From positions 102,355-166,354 of the forward strand of contig JBBRWD010000003.1 in assembly GCA_038249465.1 (NCBI GenBank): a stretch of 64,000 bases of DNA. The letters are read 5' to 3'. This DNA comes from Limisphaerales bacterium (GTDB lineage: Bacteria > Verrucomicrobiota > Verrucomicrobiia > Limisphaerales > JBBRWD01). The first letter of the stretch is position 1; each line of letters begins with the position of its first letter. The translations under genes and the position numbers were made by a program. The notes under the pieces were generated by a model. The model ran no database searches and was not told the origin of the DNA. It saw nothing but the letters and a program-made list of their open reading frames with translations. Shown piece by piece: positions 18,001-27,062 of this stretch.

Positions 18001-20099
18001 CAGGGCTGGGGCAGGCCGATGCCGCCGGGCGTCTGGCAAATGTAGTAACCGCCGGAGCCGTCACCATTGAGCCAGGCCGAGCGACTGCTGCCGTCCATCG
18101 GCGCCCGCAGTTCCGCCTGCGGATATTCCGCCAGCGCCGGCCTGGCGTTCGTCGTGTCGAGGTAGAGGCTCAACCACGAGTTGGTGATGTTCCAGCCGCC
18201 AGGAAGCGCAAGGCCCGCCGCCACCGAGACAAAGAGATCGTTGTCCGTGTGAACGAAATGCGCCGTGACATCCACCATTTCGGGCTGATCCGGGTAACGC
18301 ACCACGAGCTGCTCGGCACCAAGATACTCGGTCGCAATGTTAATGTTGCCATCCGCCGTGGGAGGAAAAGCCGCGCGGGGCACGACGAGGTCACGCGGAG
18401 CCATGCCGAAGATTTGCTCGGTGACGCTGCCCACGGCTCCCACCAGACCTGAGACCACCTCGACGCGTCCGCCGCGCGGAATGGCCGCCGCCAGGCCCGG
18501 CTCGCCGCGCACTTCCCGGTACATGCCCTCGCGGATTTCGGTCGCGCTCCGCGCCACGGACCACACGCGCACTTCGTCGAGGTTTCCCAGGAGCACGGCG
18601 ACGGGGGTAAATGTTTGGAAAGAAAACCCGCCGTGGCCCAGCAGCAGTGGGCGCAGCTTGCCCGCGCCGTTATGAGCGAGCGTGCGACCGCCCGCGAACT
18701 CGCCGTTGAGGTAGAAGCGCGCAATCGCCCCGTCGTAGCTCACGGCGACGTGCGTCCACTTCCGCGTGGACACTGGAGTCGCGACTTCGGCGAAATTTGT
18801 CCCGCGATAGAACCGCAGCCGCGGCGAGAAAACCAACCGATAGGAATCGGGGGCTTGCGAAGCAAAATCGGAGCTGTGCGAGACAATGGTCTCGAAGCGG
18901 TTTGCGTCGTGCCGGTACACCCACGCCTCGACGGTCATCGAGACCGACTGATCCCATTCGGGTCGCGCCTCGTAGCTGACCTGGCTGAGGCTTCCGTCAT
19001 AAAACGTGCTGCGCAGCGGCGGCGTGCCCGCCGGTCCGGGAAAGGCGGGAATGCTGAAGCTGGCATTCACTCCATTCACCCGGCCATTAGGGTTCGTGGC
19101 CACGAGCCGAAAGTGATTGGTCTGTCCCTGAAACTGGCCAGTGATTTCCGCGTTCATGACCACCGAGGTCGAGGCGTTGCCCACATTCACCGGTGGCGTC
19201 AGGTTTCCGTAGTTGGTGGTCGCACCCCACTCGAACCACGCCGTGGTGTCCAGTCCGAGGGCCGTGACCGCGCCATTGAGCCGCGCTGAAGTCAGCCCCT
19301 GCTGGCTGGCCTGGGTCGTGGAAACGAGCGGGCCGATCTGTACTTCAGACACCATCCGCGTCGGACCTCCCACCAATGTTCCCAAGTTGTCACCCGCGTT
19401 GTTTGGCGCGGCGTCAGCCGTGGCAATACCCGAAGGCTCGTCAAATCGCCAGTAAGCCAGCAGCCCCGTCTCGTTCGTCGCCAGGCGGCGGTTCATCGCG
19501 CTGGCGATGGCATTCGAGGAGAGCGCCACGTTCCAGATGCTCACCTCGTCCATTGAGCCGCGATAAAAATTGTTTTCGTAACGGCCCAGCCGCACCTCCT
19601 GCGCGGTGGTCGGGGCGCCGGCGGTGCCCGTCCAGGCGCGGCTGTCGCGCAACACGCCGTTCACATACAGCTTGCCGCCCGTGGCATCCACGGTGAAGGC
19701 GACATGCGACAAGCCAAAGATGGAAAGGAAGCCACCATTGAGACCGCGCCCGCCATCCCAGACCTGGGAACCATTGGTTCGGAAATACCAGGCGTGCAGC
19801 GTGCCCTCGTAGAGATAGATCTGGTAGCCATTGAAAGAGTTGGCGGCGTATTTGTTGATCAGGCCGCGATCCGGACCGTATTCGTCGTTCCGGATCCAGC
19901 CCATGACCGTCAGCGGAAAGGCGTTCAGCGCGGCACTGTTCGAGATGCTCACGTAGTCATTCAACCCGTCGAAGGACAGCGCGGTGCCCGCACCGGTTTG
20001 CGCGCGGAGGACAGGACCCGTCACCAGCCAGCCCGTGAGTCCGAGAATTGCGACGGTGCCAGCCCGGCGCACGCGTCGAGAGCAGATGCCATTGTTCAT
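15069..20099 (-). CDS. giant secreted LamG/concanavalin-A-like lectin domain protein with TSP3-like repeats
   Basis: The start was chosen at MNNGICSRR, just before a predicted signal peptide. LamG-like 'LDEVRVWSVA'/'MDEVSIWNVAL' motifs occur twice. Asp-rich repeats 'DSDGDGMPDAWE' are present. The C-terminal module ends in 'TRFYRLRLIP'. Confidence 0.6.
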   Translation of the reverse strand: MNNGICSRRVRRAGTVAILGLTGWLVTGPVLRAQTGAGTALSFDGLNDYVSISNSAALNAFPLTVMGWIRNDEYGPDRGLINKYAANSFNGYQIYLYEGTLHAWYFRTNGSQVWDGGRGLNGGFLSIFGLSHVAFTVDATGGKLYVNGVLRDSRAWTGTAGAPTTAQEVRLGRYENNFYRGSMDEVSIWNVALSSNAIASAMNRRLATNETGLLAYWRFDEPSGIATADAAPNNAGDNLGTLVGGPTRMVSEVQIGPLVSTTQASQQGLTSARLNGAVTALGLDTTAWFEWGATTNYGNLTPPVNVGNASTSVVMNAEITGQFQGQTNHFRLVATNPNGRVNGVNASFSIPAFPGPAGTPPLRSTFYDGSLSQVSYEARPEWDQSVSMTVEAWVYRHDANRFETIVSHSSDFASQAPDSYRLVFSPRLRFYRGTNFAEVATPVSTRKWTHVAVSYDGAIARFYLNGEFAGGRTLAHNGAGKLRPLLLGHGGFSFQTFTPVAVLLGNLDEVRVWSVARSATEIREGMYREVRGEPGLAAAIPRGGRVEVVSGLVGAVGSVTEQIFGMAPRDLVVPRAAFPPTADGNINIATEYLGAEQLVVRYPDQPEMVDVTAHFVHTDNDLFVSVAAGLALPGGWNITNSWLSLYLDTTNARPALAEYPQAELRAPMDGSSRSAWLNGDGSGGYYICQTPGGIGLPQPCTPRSLYQVGQRFCGGEISTAICTEFRVARTLLGNFNEFDGVALGQINFTSFGDQTFIPEAGFEASPATWLTMSYGEGSANLPRVRWSGRVFSGLTNTSTPLPNYRVSLIADSVAYSKFTDSFGRFSFDEPVPAGTTFIFAQAELEAFGRYTLPRVSAAGIQPQFIYTNRVIFAGLPTGASGTFQFANVDFFVQRPLLVASGITGASPTNPMVGIAVRQGGIGGLGEWVTLTGTNLHAEMEYSLSPITGTFPTSPGAWTLLPAANVERVNATTVRVQAPFVPDFVRQHTSGPFVPSFQSPWQWVARDAWFRPGQIEYSTVGTFTLRRPPYPTIHGFSFDNEDHDALLNEFLAGYGYSAYICVDPIGDCGAHIPDPLYWGLWWPVHKIVIDKSTGSCVGFSGTALELFNLLEIPQTYDPEALFANGIDNPGAPGEFDTGNTGGRYTRPPIPKDIWARIRMNHGAQTSAEYLNHLISQLDVDVFSPNFGGDPVARLPELRAGTTAQAVCMVQGFEGGHCVSPYRVEGNYGGDPNITRIWIYDNNSPCAIGAAADDWCVTNQFIDIDHSANEYIFPGSGWTGTALFTVPRRLYTDTRTAPGLYDFALALGTFLVVVAGDADAHFTAPAGREWGWRQDGTFVNNLPGLKAIPILGTPTNRTRSIPILLPISNGIPAIDIHMRGSNANVFHVAAGGTMLQLEMAGSTPGHSNRISLTAISNQLSSFRFTPQAAISNFTPRIGFAISNGACATFQWLGLDAVSNRTQEFRALKSQRAVDYRNDSGKPTQHYLRVDAVDARTTNNTCAVFGPFNVPNGAVHCVVLQDWPRVKQVRSELDLNADGTPDQVTIVTGAEIDSDGDGMPDAWETLHQLNPETDDCDKDADDDSVSNFGEYLTDTDPRDPTSALRLTAAMLPGNTVRLSWKAVPGRRYEIQYANGLEYVFRPLTAAGLPRVATATEEHFDDILPAGPQHTRFYRLRLIP

Positions 20100-20233
20100 A
20101 GTGTTCTGGAATTGAGTTCGCCGGATTGCGTCTTGGATGTTGCGGGGGCGGTGGAGTGTTGCAGTTACATTATGTTCAGAATGTTGCACACTTATGCTTG
20201 TGCGAGCCGGTGTCAAGCACCGTGGACGAATGG

Positions 20234-20391
20234 GGGCGCATCCGCGCACTGCCCCCGGCGCGCGGCCTTGAGGCCGCTTCCGCGTTCGATGGGTATTGGC
20301 GAAACATTGCCGGACGGTCTCGAACGATGAAGCGACGTGAACGTCGCGCTCCAACCCGGTTTGCCTTCGGGGGCAGTGTCGAGATGCGCCC
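20234..20391. mobile_element. MITE-like palindromic element, family A, copy 3
   Basis: 'gggcgcatccgcgcactgcccccggcgcgcggccttgaggccgcttccgcgttcgatggg...cgggggcagtgtcgagatgcgccc'. It lies between the 5' end of the giant LamG gene and the CBM9-like gene. Confidence 0.6.
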
Positions 20392-20647
20392 GACGAATGG
20401 TCCGCACTGAAACGACGCCGGTCTTCCCATCCGCGTTCTCGATCGTCCGCAAGTCTGGGCCATGAACGCGGAGGAGTGGGCGGGGCAAGGCGTGCGGTCA
20501 ATCCTCGTCAGGCATCATCTCAGTGAGGGCGGGTGGCGGGTCAGCGATGTCCCGTGGACCGCACACGGCGACGAGCACAACCGATTTGCCGTCAGGTTGC
20601 AGGGCGGCGGAGGAAAGACCACGCTGCATCCATCCGTCCGCCCCGGT

Positions 20648-21319
20648 TCACTCAAAAACCAACTTCCCAAAACAGCGCGGCCGGTGGAAATTGAGCTGGT
20701 CCACCGGAGCCCAGGCGGCCCAATGGGGATGGGACGTTCCACTGCCGCATTTGAAGGCGTTACCGCGCCAGACCAGTCCCGACATAACCCCCACCGGCCC
20801 CACAAACTTCTCCATGACCGCGACAGGAATCCGGAACATCAGCCACCAGGATGTCGGCCGGGTGATTTCCGGATCAACGATTCGCGGAAGCGAGGTGGCG
20901 ACGCTGACGCCCGCGACGTCTTGGGCGCTCAGCCTCGTGTATTCCTTGAAGCTGGCCGGCGCCCCGGTTTCATCCGTGATGTGATTGCACAGGAACGCCC
21001 CGCCGCAGTTAAACTCGAAGCTGAAATAGCCGCAGGCCGGCTGGGGCTGGATGAAAAACTCCACGCAACTGTCCCGGCAAACCGGATCCCCGTAGTCCTG
21101 ATGCGTGCAGCGCACATAACGGTCATCAACTTGAAAACGACCGTGGATCGATTCTTGATCATGCAGGAGCTGGAGCAGGGTTCTCGGGCGATGATCGGTT
21201 CCTTCGGGGCGGAACTGATCGATCGCGATGACATCGGCTTTCTGCCAGGCAGCTTTCGGCGGTCGCGAACCGGAAGCCGGTGGCACGATGCGACGCACGG
21301 TTGTCCAGGAGGTCGTCAT
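20648..21319 (-). CDS. carbohydrate-binding family 9 (CBM9)-like domain protein
   Basis: Non-low-complexity ORF with 'FEFNCGGAFLCNH' and 'NFHRPRCFGKLVFE' motifs reminiscent of CBM9/DOMON-like domains. The overlapping plus-strand ORF is Arg-rich and looks spurious. Confidence 0.4.
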   Translation of the reverse strand: MTTSWTTVRRIVPPASGSRPPKAAWQKADVIAIDQFRPEGTDHRPRTLLQLLHDQESIHGRFQVDDRYVRCTHQDYGDPVCRDSCVEFFIQPQPACGYFSFEFNCGGAFLCNHITDETGAPASFKEYTRLSAQDVAGVSVATSLPRIVDPEITRPTSWWLMFRIPVAVMEKFVGPVGVMSGLVWRGNAFKCGSGTSHPHWAAWAPVDQLNFHRPRCFGKLVFE

Positions 21320-21469
21320 GGCGGTGCATCGAATGGAATCAAGGTCCGGAAAGCAAGCCCTGACCACGCCGCGCCAATGCCACCGTTGCCTCATCGTAAG
21401 TATGCTTGGAATTCATAATTGGCGCAGGGCCATTGCAGGGCGCCGGTCATTCTGACTATTCTCCCGAGC

Positions 21470-22447
21470 ATGACTTCACTGGATGGCGTGGAAACAGCGC
21501 TCAAGGGCGCCCCGCGCGAATTTCTGAACTCCACCGAATGGAGTGAAGCCGTTGGCGAACCGCTCACGGGGGATGCTTCCGCGCGGAAATATTTCCGCCT
21601 GCGAAGAGCCGATCAGACCGCGGTCTTGATGGACTCTTCGCAAATGCTGGAAAGCGTGGCGCCGTTCATCCGCATCGACCAGCACCTGGCGCGACTGGGC
21701 TTCAGCGCGCCAGCCATCCTGGCGAGGGATGACGAGAACGGCTTCCTTCTGCTGGAGGATTTCGGCGACGACACCTTCGCCCGCCTGCTGGCAAATGCGG
21801 AGGAATCGGAACGGCTCTTCGCGCTGGCCACTGATGTTCTCGTGGCCCTCCATCAACAAGCGCAGGCTGTTCCCCCGGCGTTGCGCGCGTATCATCCGCA
21901 GAAGATGCTGGAGGACATCGAACTGTTCCTGGACTGGTGTACCCCCGCGATTTCAGACGACGGAAAGTCCGGGTATCGTAAGGCGTGGCTGGAGGTGCTG
22001 CCGTTGACGCATCAGGTTCCCACCTCGCTGCTCCTGCGCGATTATCACGTCGCCAACCTGATGTTGTTGCCCGGTCGGGAAGGTGTTCGTCAGGCCGGGC
22101 TGCTGGATTTTCAGGACGCGTATCAAGGCCCCATTACCTACGACCTGATGTCGCTGCTGGAGGATGCCCGACGCGACGTGCCGGAAAGTCTGAAGTCGAA
22201 GATGCTGGCGCGTTACCTTGCCAGTTTTCCGGATCTGGACCGCGAGGCTTTCGCAACTTCGCTGGCAATCCTCGCCGCCCTGCGGCACACGCGCGTGCTG
22301 GCCGTGTTCGAGCGGCTGGGCCGGCGCGACGGAAAGCACGACTACAAGAAGCTCCATTCGCCGCGCGTGGAACGAATGTTGCGCAGCGCCTTGAGCCACC
22401 CCACGCTGGCGGGCGTGAAACATTGGTTCAATCAATATGCGTGGTGA
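21470..22447 (+). CDS. amgK: aminoglycoside-phosphotransferase-fold kinase, AmgK-like (MurNAc/GlcNAc anomeric kinase)
   Basis: APH-like fold ('RDYHVANLMLL', 'LLDFQDA'). It sits immediately upstream of, and overlaps by 11 nt, a MurU-like nucleotidyltransferase gene, the classic amgK-murU arrangement. The exact start is uncertain. Confidence 0.5.
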   Translation: MTSLDGVETALKGAPREFLNSTEWSEAVGEPLTGDASARKYFRLRRADQTAVLMDSSQMLESVAPFIRIDQHLARLGFSAPAILARDDENGFLLLEDFGDDTFARLLANAEESERLFALATDVLVALHQQAQAVPPALRAYHPQKMLEDIELFLDWCTPAISDDGKSGYRKAWLEVLPLTHQVPTSLLLRDYHVANLMLLPGREGVRQAGLLDFQDAYQGPITYDLMSLLEDARRDVPESLKSKMLARYLASFPDLDREAFATSLAILAALRHTRVLAVFERLGRRDGKHDYKKLHSPRVERMLRSALSHPTLAGVKHWFNQYAW

Positions 22448-23195
22448 GATCAAGAAGGCCATGGTGCTGGCCGCAGGCTATGGCACACGGCTCAAACCGC
22501 TGACGGACCGGATGCCCAAGCCGCTGGTTCCCGTCCTGGGCAAGCCGATGATCGAATACTCCCTCAATCACTTGAAGGCGTTCGGCATCGAAGAAGTCGT
22601 CATCAACGTCTCGCACCTCAAGGAGCAACTCAGCGCATATCTTTCCCAATGCCCCGACCTGACGATTCGATTGTCCGAGGAGGCCGAGCCGCTGGAAACC
22701 GGCGGCGGACTTAAGAAGGCGCTGCCCCTGCTCGGGAGCGAAGCCTTCTTCTACATCAACAGCGACATCATCTGGCTGGACGAAGGCGAGACCGCGCTGG
22801 ACCGCCTCGCCCGCCACTGGGACGACGCGACGATGGATTTCCTCCTGCTCGCGCAACCGCGCGCCAAGGCCGTCGGCTACGACAAAGGCGAGGACCACTT
22901 GTTCGTGCGGCGCGACAACACGATCGAATGGGACGAGCAGGAGGCGCCCTACATCATTGCCAGCGTCGGCATCATCCATCCACGCATCTTCGCCGGAATG
23001 CCGGAGGGGAAATTCTCCGTCAAGAAGCTCTGGCTCCAGGCGCTCAGCCAGAATCGCCTCTTCTGCCTGCCGCATCACGGGCGATGGTTTCAGACCGGCA
23101 CCCTCCCGGACATCGAGAAAGCCGAGCGCCTCCTGCCTCAAGCAACTCCGGCGGTGGACGGCAAGATCCTTACCACCGCAGATGAAACCAGATGA
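22437..23195 (+). CDS. murU: sugar-1-phosphate nucleotidyltransferase, MurU-like
   Basis: N-terminal 'MVLAAGYGTRLKPLTDRMPKPLV' is the G-x-G-T-R-L NTP-transferase signature. Pairing with the AmgK-like gene supports the call. Confidence 0.55.
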   Translation: MRGEIKKAMVLAAGYGTRLKPLTDRMPKPLVPVLGKPMIEYSLNHLKAFGIEEVVINVSHLKEQLSAYLSQCPDLTIRLSEEAEPLETGGGLKKALPLLGSEAFFYINSDIIWLDEGETALDRLARHWDDATMDFLLLAQPRAKAVGYDKGEDHLFVRRDNTIEWDEQEAPYIIASVGIIHPRIFAGMPEGKFSVKKLWLQALSQNRLFCLPHHGRWFQTGTLPDIEKAERLLPQATPAVDGKILTTADETR

Positions 23196-23320
23196 ACGCA
23201 GATAAGTCTGAGAGACAAAGCCGGATGTGCCAAGACAGGTTTTCCCCTGGCGGGTGATGGGCGCTCTGGTCGCAGGCCCTTGGAATCCGCGTTCATCTGC
23301 GTTCATCTGCGGTTCAATTG
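23175..23320. repeat. palindromic repeat family D, copy 1 (inverted 'ACCGCAGATGAACGCAG' termini, ~145 bp)
   Basis: Left arm 'accgcagatgaaaccagatgaacgcagat' and right arm 'cgcgttcatctgcgttcatctgcggttcaattgc'. The left arm encodes the last 7 codons (TTADETR*) of the murU-like gene. Confidence 0.5.
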
Positions 23321-23346
23321 CCGAATTCAGGTTAAATCACTAGAAC

Positions 23347-24078
23347 ATGTCCCCCTCGATTTCCAAATCGCTCCTCGCCGCCGCGCGCGAACTCTCCAAC
23401 GCCGTGGATGGACTCCGCTTTGCGCCGCCGGTCACGCAAGTCTATAACCCGCTCGACTACGCCTGGACCGCGCACGCGGCCTACCTCACGAAATACGGCG
23501 CCACCCGCAAACGCGTCCTCTTTCTCGGCATGAATCCCGGCCCGTTCGGCATGGCGCAGACTGGCGTGCCCTTCGGCGAAATCGACGCGGTGCGCAACTG
23601 GCTCGGCATCGAACTGCCCGTCAGCCGTCCGCGCCGGGAGCATCCGCTGCGGCCGGTGATGGGGTTTCTCTGTCCGCGCTCCGAAGTTAGCGGGCGGCGG
23701 CTCTGGGGATTCTTCGCGAAACGCTTCGGCACGGCGGATGCCTTCTTTGCGGAGCATTTCGTGGTCAACTACTGCCCGCTGGCCTTCTTCGAGGAGAGCG
23801 GACGCAATCGCACTCCGGACAAACTGACCGCCGCCGAAGCCGCGCCGCTGACCGCCGCCTGCGACCGGCATCTCGCGCGCCTGATCGAGATCTTCCAGCC
23901 CGAATGGGTCATTGGCGTGGGAAGATTTGCCCTCGATTGCGCCACGCGGGTGGCGGGCGAGAAATCACCGGTCAAGCTCGGCACCATCTTGCATCCCAGC
24001 CCGGCGAGTCCGGCGGCCAACCGCGATTGGGAAGGCACGGCGCTCAAGCAACTGCGCGCCCTGGGTGTGTGGCAGTGA
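23347..24078 (+). CDS. SMUG-family uracil-DNA glycosylase (UDG family 3)
   Basis: Both SMUG signature motifs are present: 'LFLGMNPGPFGMAQTGVPF' (GMNPGP) and 'LHPSPASPAANR' (HPSP). Confidence 0.7.
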   Translation: MSPSISKSLLAAARELSNAVDGLRFAPPVTQVYNPLDYAWTAHAAYLTKYGATRKRVLFLGMNPGPFGMAQTGVPFGEIDAVRNWLGIELPVSRPRREHPLRPVMGFLCPRSEVSGRRLWGFFAKRFGTADAFFAEHFVVNYCPLAFFEESGRNRTPDKLTAAEAAPLTAACDRHLARLIEIFQPEWVIGVGRFALDCATRVAGEKSPVKLGTILHPSPASPAANRDWEGTALKQLRALGVWQ

Positions 24079-24176
24079 GGGCGAACGGAGTGCGCTGTAT
24101 CGGTCGGGGCGGATTCCAGTCCGTCCTGGAACGCTCGTGAAGAATGGGGACGCGGATGGAACGCGTCCCTACCGGA

Positions 24177-26987
24177 TCATTGCACGCCCACGCGGTAGAA
24201 GCGCGGACCTGCTGGCGCGGCGTTGGTGTCGGTGAAGGTGGTGGTGCCGGTTTGCCCGGCGATGTTCGATGCCAGCGGGAGGAACGAGGCGTTCGTCGCC
24301 AAGCTCGTGCTGCGTTCGAGGAAGTAGGTCTTGTTCGTCACGCTCTGCCATGTCACCACGAGGTTGGAGCCGACGGTCTGTGGAGTGAGCAGGCGCAGGG
24401 CGGAAAGCGCGTTGGTGGGAACGGTGGCGCAATTCCATTCCTGCCAGTTGTTCGCGTGGTCGCCATCCGGGTCGGTGAAGTCCGCCGAACCATCGGTGGG
24501 CAGACCGTATTGTTGGAGCCAGGCGTAGGAGAGCTGTGACGCGGGTGACTGGAATTCGTAGGCGCCGATGTCCACCGCGCCGCCGACGATGTGCGGCTTG
24601 CCGTCGAGGTCGGTGGTGCCGGAGACAGAGGCGTTGTCGCCGGCGTTGATGCAGGGGGAATTGCTTTGGAGCCGCAGATTGCTCCAGCCGTTGGTGTTCA
24701 TGAACAATGGTGCATTGGTCAGATTTCCCCCGTCCGCAGGCAGCGGCGTGGAGCAGCAGTATTTGAAGGTGCCGCCATAGCAATTGGGGCCATTTGGAGC
24801 CGAATTGTAGTAGATGATGCAGTTGTTCATGGAACTCCATTCGGCCCCGCCGGCGTACGAACGAGCGATATTGCCAGCGAGCGTGCAGTTGTTCAACGTG
24901 CCGAAGTAGGCCCCGCCGCCCTCCTGGTCGGCTGAATTGTCTGTGAGCACGCAGTTGTGAAGTGTGCCAAGGAAGACCCCGCCGCCCTTGATGGCTGAAT
25001 TGCCTGTGAGCACGCAGTTGGACACCACCACATTCCATCCCTCGCTCCATACCCCGCCGCCAGCGCCGGGGCTGCCGTAGTAATCGGAGTTCTGCGTCGC
25101 ACCGTTGGTTAGGGTAAAACCCGCGAGCACCGCCCCGTTGGTTAGATAGACGCAGCGCACCGCGGTCGGGCCAGTCCTGGTTCCCGGCTCCTGGTAGCCC
25201 AGGATTTGGGTCACGGGCGGCCCGTTGACGCTCCGCACCGTCACCGGCTTGGTGACCGCCACCCGGTTGGTCATTCGATACACTTCCCGAACGCCGATCT
25301 GGTAAACCCCGTTGCTCACCCACACCAGCGCCCCAGGAACTGTCGCCACGTCCACCGCATCTTGAATGTTTCTGGCCGCGGCAGCCCACGAACTGTAGGG
25401 CTGCAGCGGGTTGGCGCTGGTCAGCGCCACATAGTGGGTCGGTTGAGGCACAACCCGCACCGTGACCGTAGCCGCCACTCCGGCCGGATTACTCTCGTTA
25501 CAAGCCCGCAATTCGACCACGTAATCCCCTGCCGCTGCCCAAGCATGCGAAGCCCAAGGCCGATTGCTCGCCACACTCCCGTCGCCAAAGTCCCAACGCG
25601 ACGAGCTCACCTGTCCCCCGATCACCGCTTGGAAATCCACCCCAAAGCCCACCGCCACATTCGTGTAAGCTGCCACAATTGCCACATTAAGTGCGCCCGT
25701 CAGCGAACCGCACCAATACTCGTCGCAGCCGATAGAAGGCGGATTAGCCCACGGTTCGCTGTCGAGGTCCTCGCCGCTGGCGTATGCGGCGCTGCCCCGA
25801 CCGATGCAGGGAGAACCGGCGCTCAGACGCCACGTGCCGGCCAGTTGCGGATCCTCAGCCAGGTTGCCCGGGCCCGGGGGCAGGGGCGTGGTGCAGCAAT
25901 AGTTGAAAGTGGCGCCAAAGTAATTGGTATCAGCATAGCGGGCACTGTTGTTATGAACGATGCAGTTGTTCAGCGTGCCGTACATGGCCCCGCCGACCCT
26001 GTTTGCCGAATTGCCCGTGAGCGTGCAGTTGCTCAGCTTGCCCTCGTAGGCTCCACCGCCGCTTTTTGCCGAGTTGCCCGTAAGCGTGCAGTTGTTCAAC
26101 GTGCCGCCGTAAGCCCCGCCGCCGTCGTCGGCTGAATTGCCCGTGAGCGTGCAGTTGTTCGCCCTACTACCGTCGACCCCGCCACCGAACCGAGATGCTG
26201 AATTGCCCATGAGTGCGCAGTTGTTCAGAGTGCCGCCGTAAGCCCCGCCGCCGTAGGTGGCTGAATTGCCCGTGAGCGAACATTTGTTCAGTGTTCCGGT
26301 GTAGGCTCCACCGCCGAAGGACGCCGAATTGCCGGTGAACACGCAGTTGTTAAATGTTCCTGCATAGGCTCCGCCGCCATACGCACTGGTTGAATTGCTC
26401 GTGAGCACACAGTTGTTCAGTGTGCCTCCAAATGCTCCGGCGCCTTGGGAGTAGGCTGAATTGCCGGTGAGCACGCAGTTGGATAAAACCGCACTGAACC
26501 CCTCGCTCCACACGCCGCCCCCGGATTGATTCGTGTAGGAATTGGCAGAAGTTTGTGTTGCGCCATTGGTCAGTGTGAAGCCCGCGAGCAAAGCCCCGTT
26601 GGTCAGAAACACGCAGCGCACTGCCGCCGGGCCATTTCGAGTACCCGGTACTTGGTATCCCACGATATGAGTCTCCGAAGGCCCGTTAACGCTCCGCACC
26701 GTCACCGCCTTAGTCACCGCCACCCGGTTGGTCATCGTCCCGTTCACCGCGCGGCCCCCCGTCGCATATACACCGTTGTTCACCAGAATTTCATCGCCCG
26801 GCTCGGCGGCGTCTACAGCTTCTTGGATATTCGTCGCGGCGGTGGACCAGTCGGTGAACGGCGGCACGGGATTGGTGTTGTTGATGTTCACATAGCGCAC
26901 GGTGGCGGCGGGCAGCGACAGCGCGGCGGTGAGGAGAAGAAGAGAGGAGAGCGCTTTCCCGGAATGCAGTCTGGAAGAGGATTTCAT
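24177..26987 (-). CDS. large secreted right-handed beta-helix repeat protein with internal duplication and C-terminal sorting-like module
   Basis: Signal peptide 'MKSSSRLHSGKALSSLLLLTAALSLPA'. Dozens of 'NNCxLTGNSA' parallel beta-helix repeats. Two ~450-aa modules are duplicated ('...VAVTKAVTVRSVNGPSETHIVGYQVPGTRNGPAAVRCV' vs '...VAVTKPVTVRSVNGPPVTQILGYQEPGTRTGPTAVRCV'). The protein ends in 'PRFYRVGVQ'. Confidence 0.6.
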   Translation of the reverse strand: MKSSSRLHSGKALSSLLLLTAALSLPAATVRYVNINNTNPVPPFTDWSTAATNIQEAVDAAEPGDEILVNNGVYATGGRAVNGTMTNRVAVTKAVTVRSVNGPSETHIVGYQVPGTRNGPAAVRCVFLTNGALLAGFTLTNGATQTSANSYTNQSGGGVWSEGFSAVLSNCVLTGNSAYSQGAGAFGGTLNNCVLTSNSTSAYGGGAYAGTFNNCVFTGNSASFGGGAYTGTLNKCSLTGNSATYGGGAYGGTLNNCALMGNSASRFGGGVDGSRANNCTLTGNSADDGGGAYGGTLNNCTLTGNSAKSGGGAYEGKLSNCTLTGNSANRVGGAMYGTLNNCIVHNNSARYADTNYFGATFNYCCTTPLPPGPGNLAEDPQLAGTWRLSAGSPCIGRGSAAYASGEDLDSEPWANPPSIGCDEYWCGSLTGALNVAIVAAYTNVAVGFGVDFQAVIGGQVSSSRWDFGDGSVASNRPWASHAWAAAGDYVVELRACNESNPAGVAATVTVRVVPQPTHYVALTSANPLQPYSSWAAAARNIQDAVDVATVPGALVWVSNGVYQIGVREVYRMTNRVAVTKPVTVRSVNGPPVTQILGYQEPGTRTGPTAVRCVYLTNGAVLAGFTLTNGATQNSDYYGSPGAGGGVWSEGWNVVVSNCVLTGNSAIKGGGVFLGTLHNCVLTDNSADQEGGGAYFGTLNNCTLAGNIARSYAGGAEWSSMNNCIIYYNSAPNGPNCYGGTFKYCCSTPLPADGGNLTNAPLFMNTNGWSNLRLQSNSPCINAGDNASVSGTTDLDGKPHIVGGAVDIGAYEFQSPASQLSYAWLQQYGLPTDGSADFTDPDGDHANNWQEWNCATVPTNALSALRLLTPQTVGSNLVVTWQSVTNKTYFLERSTSLATNASFLPLASNIAGQTGTTTFTDTNAAPAGPRFYRVGVQ

Positions 26988-27062
26988 CGGCGTTGCCCGT
27001 GGATAAAAGCAATGCATCCAGCCAGCGGCAAGTTACAAATCATCGCACGATGGACCGCTTTA

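Noticed and set aside
20462-21418. 318-aa plus-strand ORF overlapping the CBM9-like gene
   Set aside because: Its translation is Arg/Gly/His-rich and featureless and starts inside MITE A3. The opposite-strand ORF has a coherent domain-like sequence.
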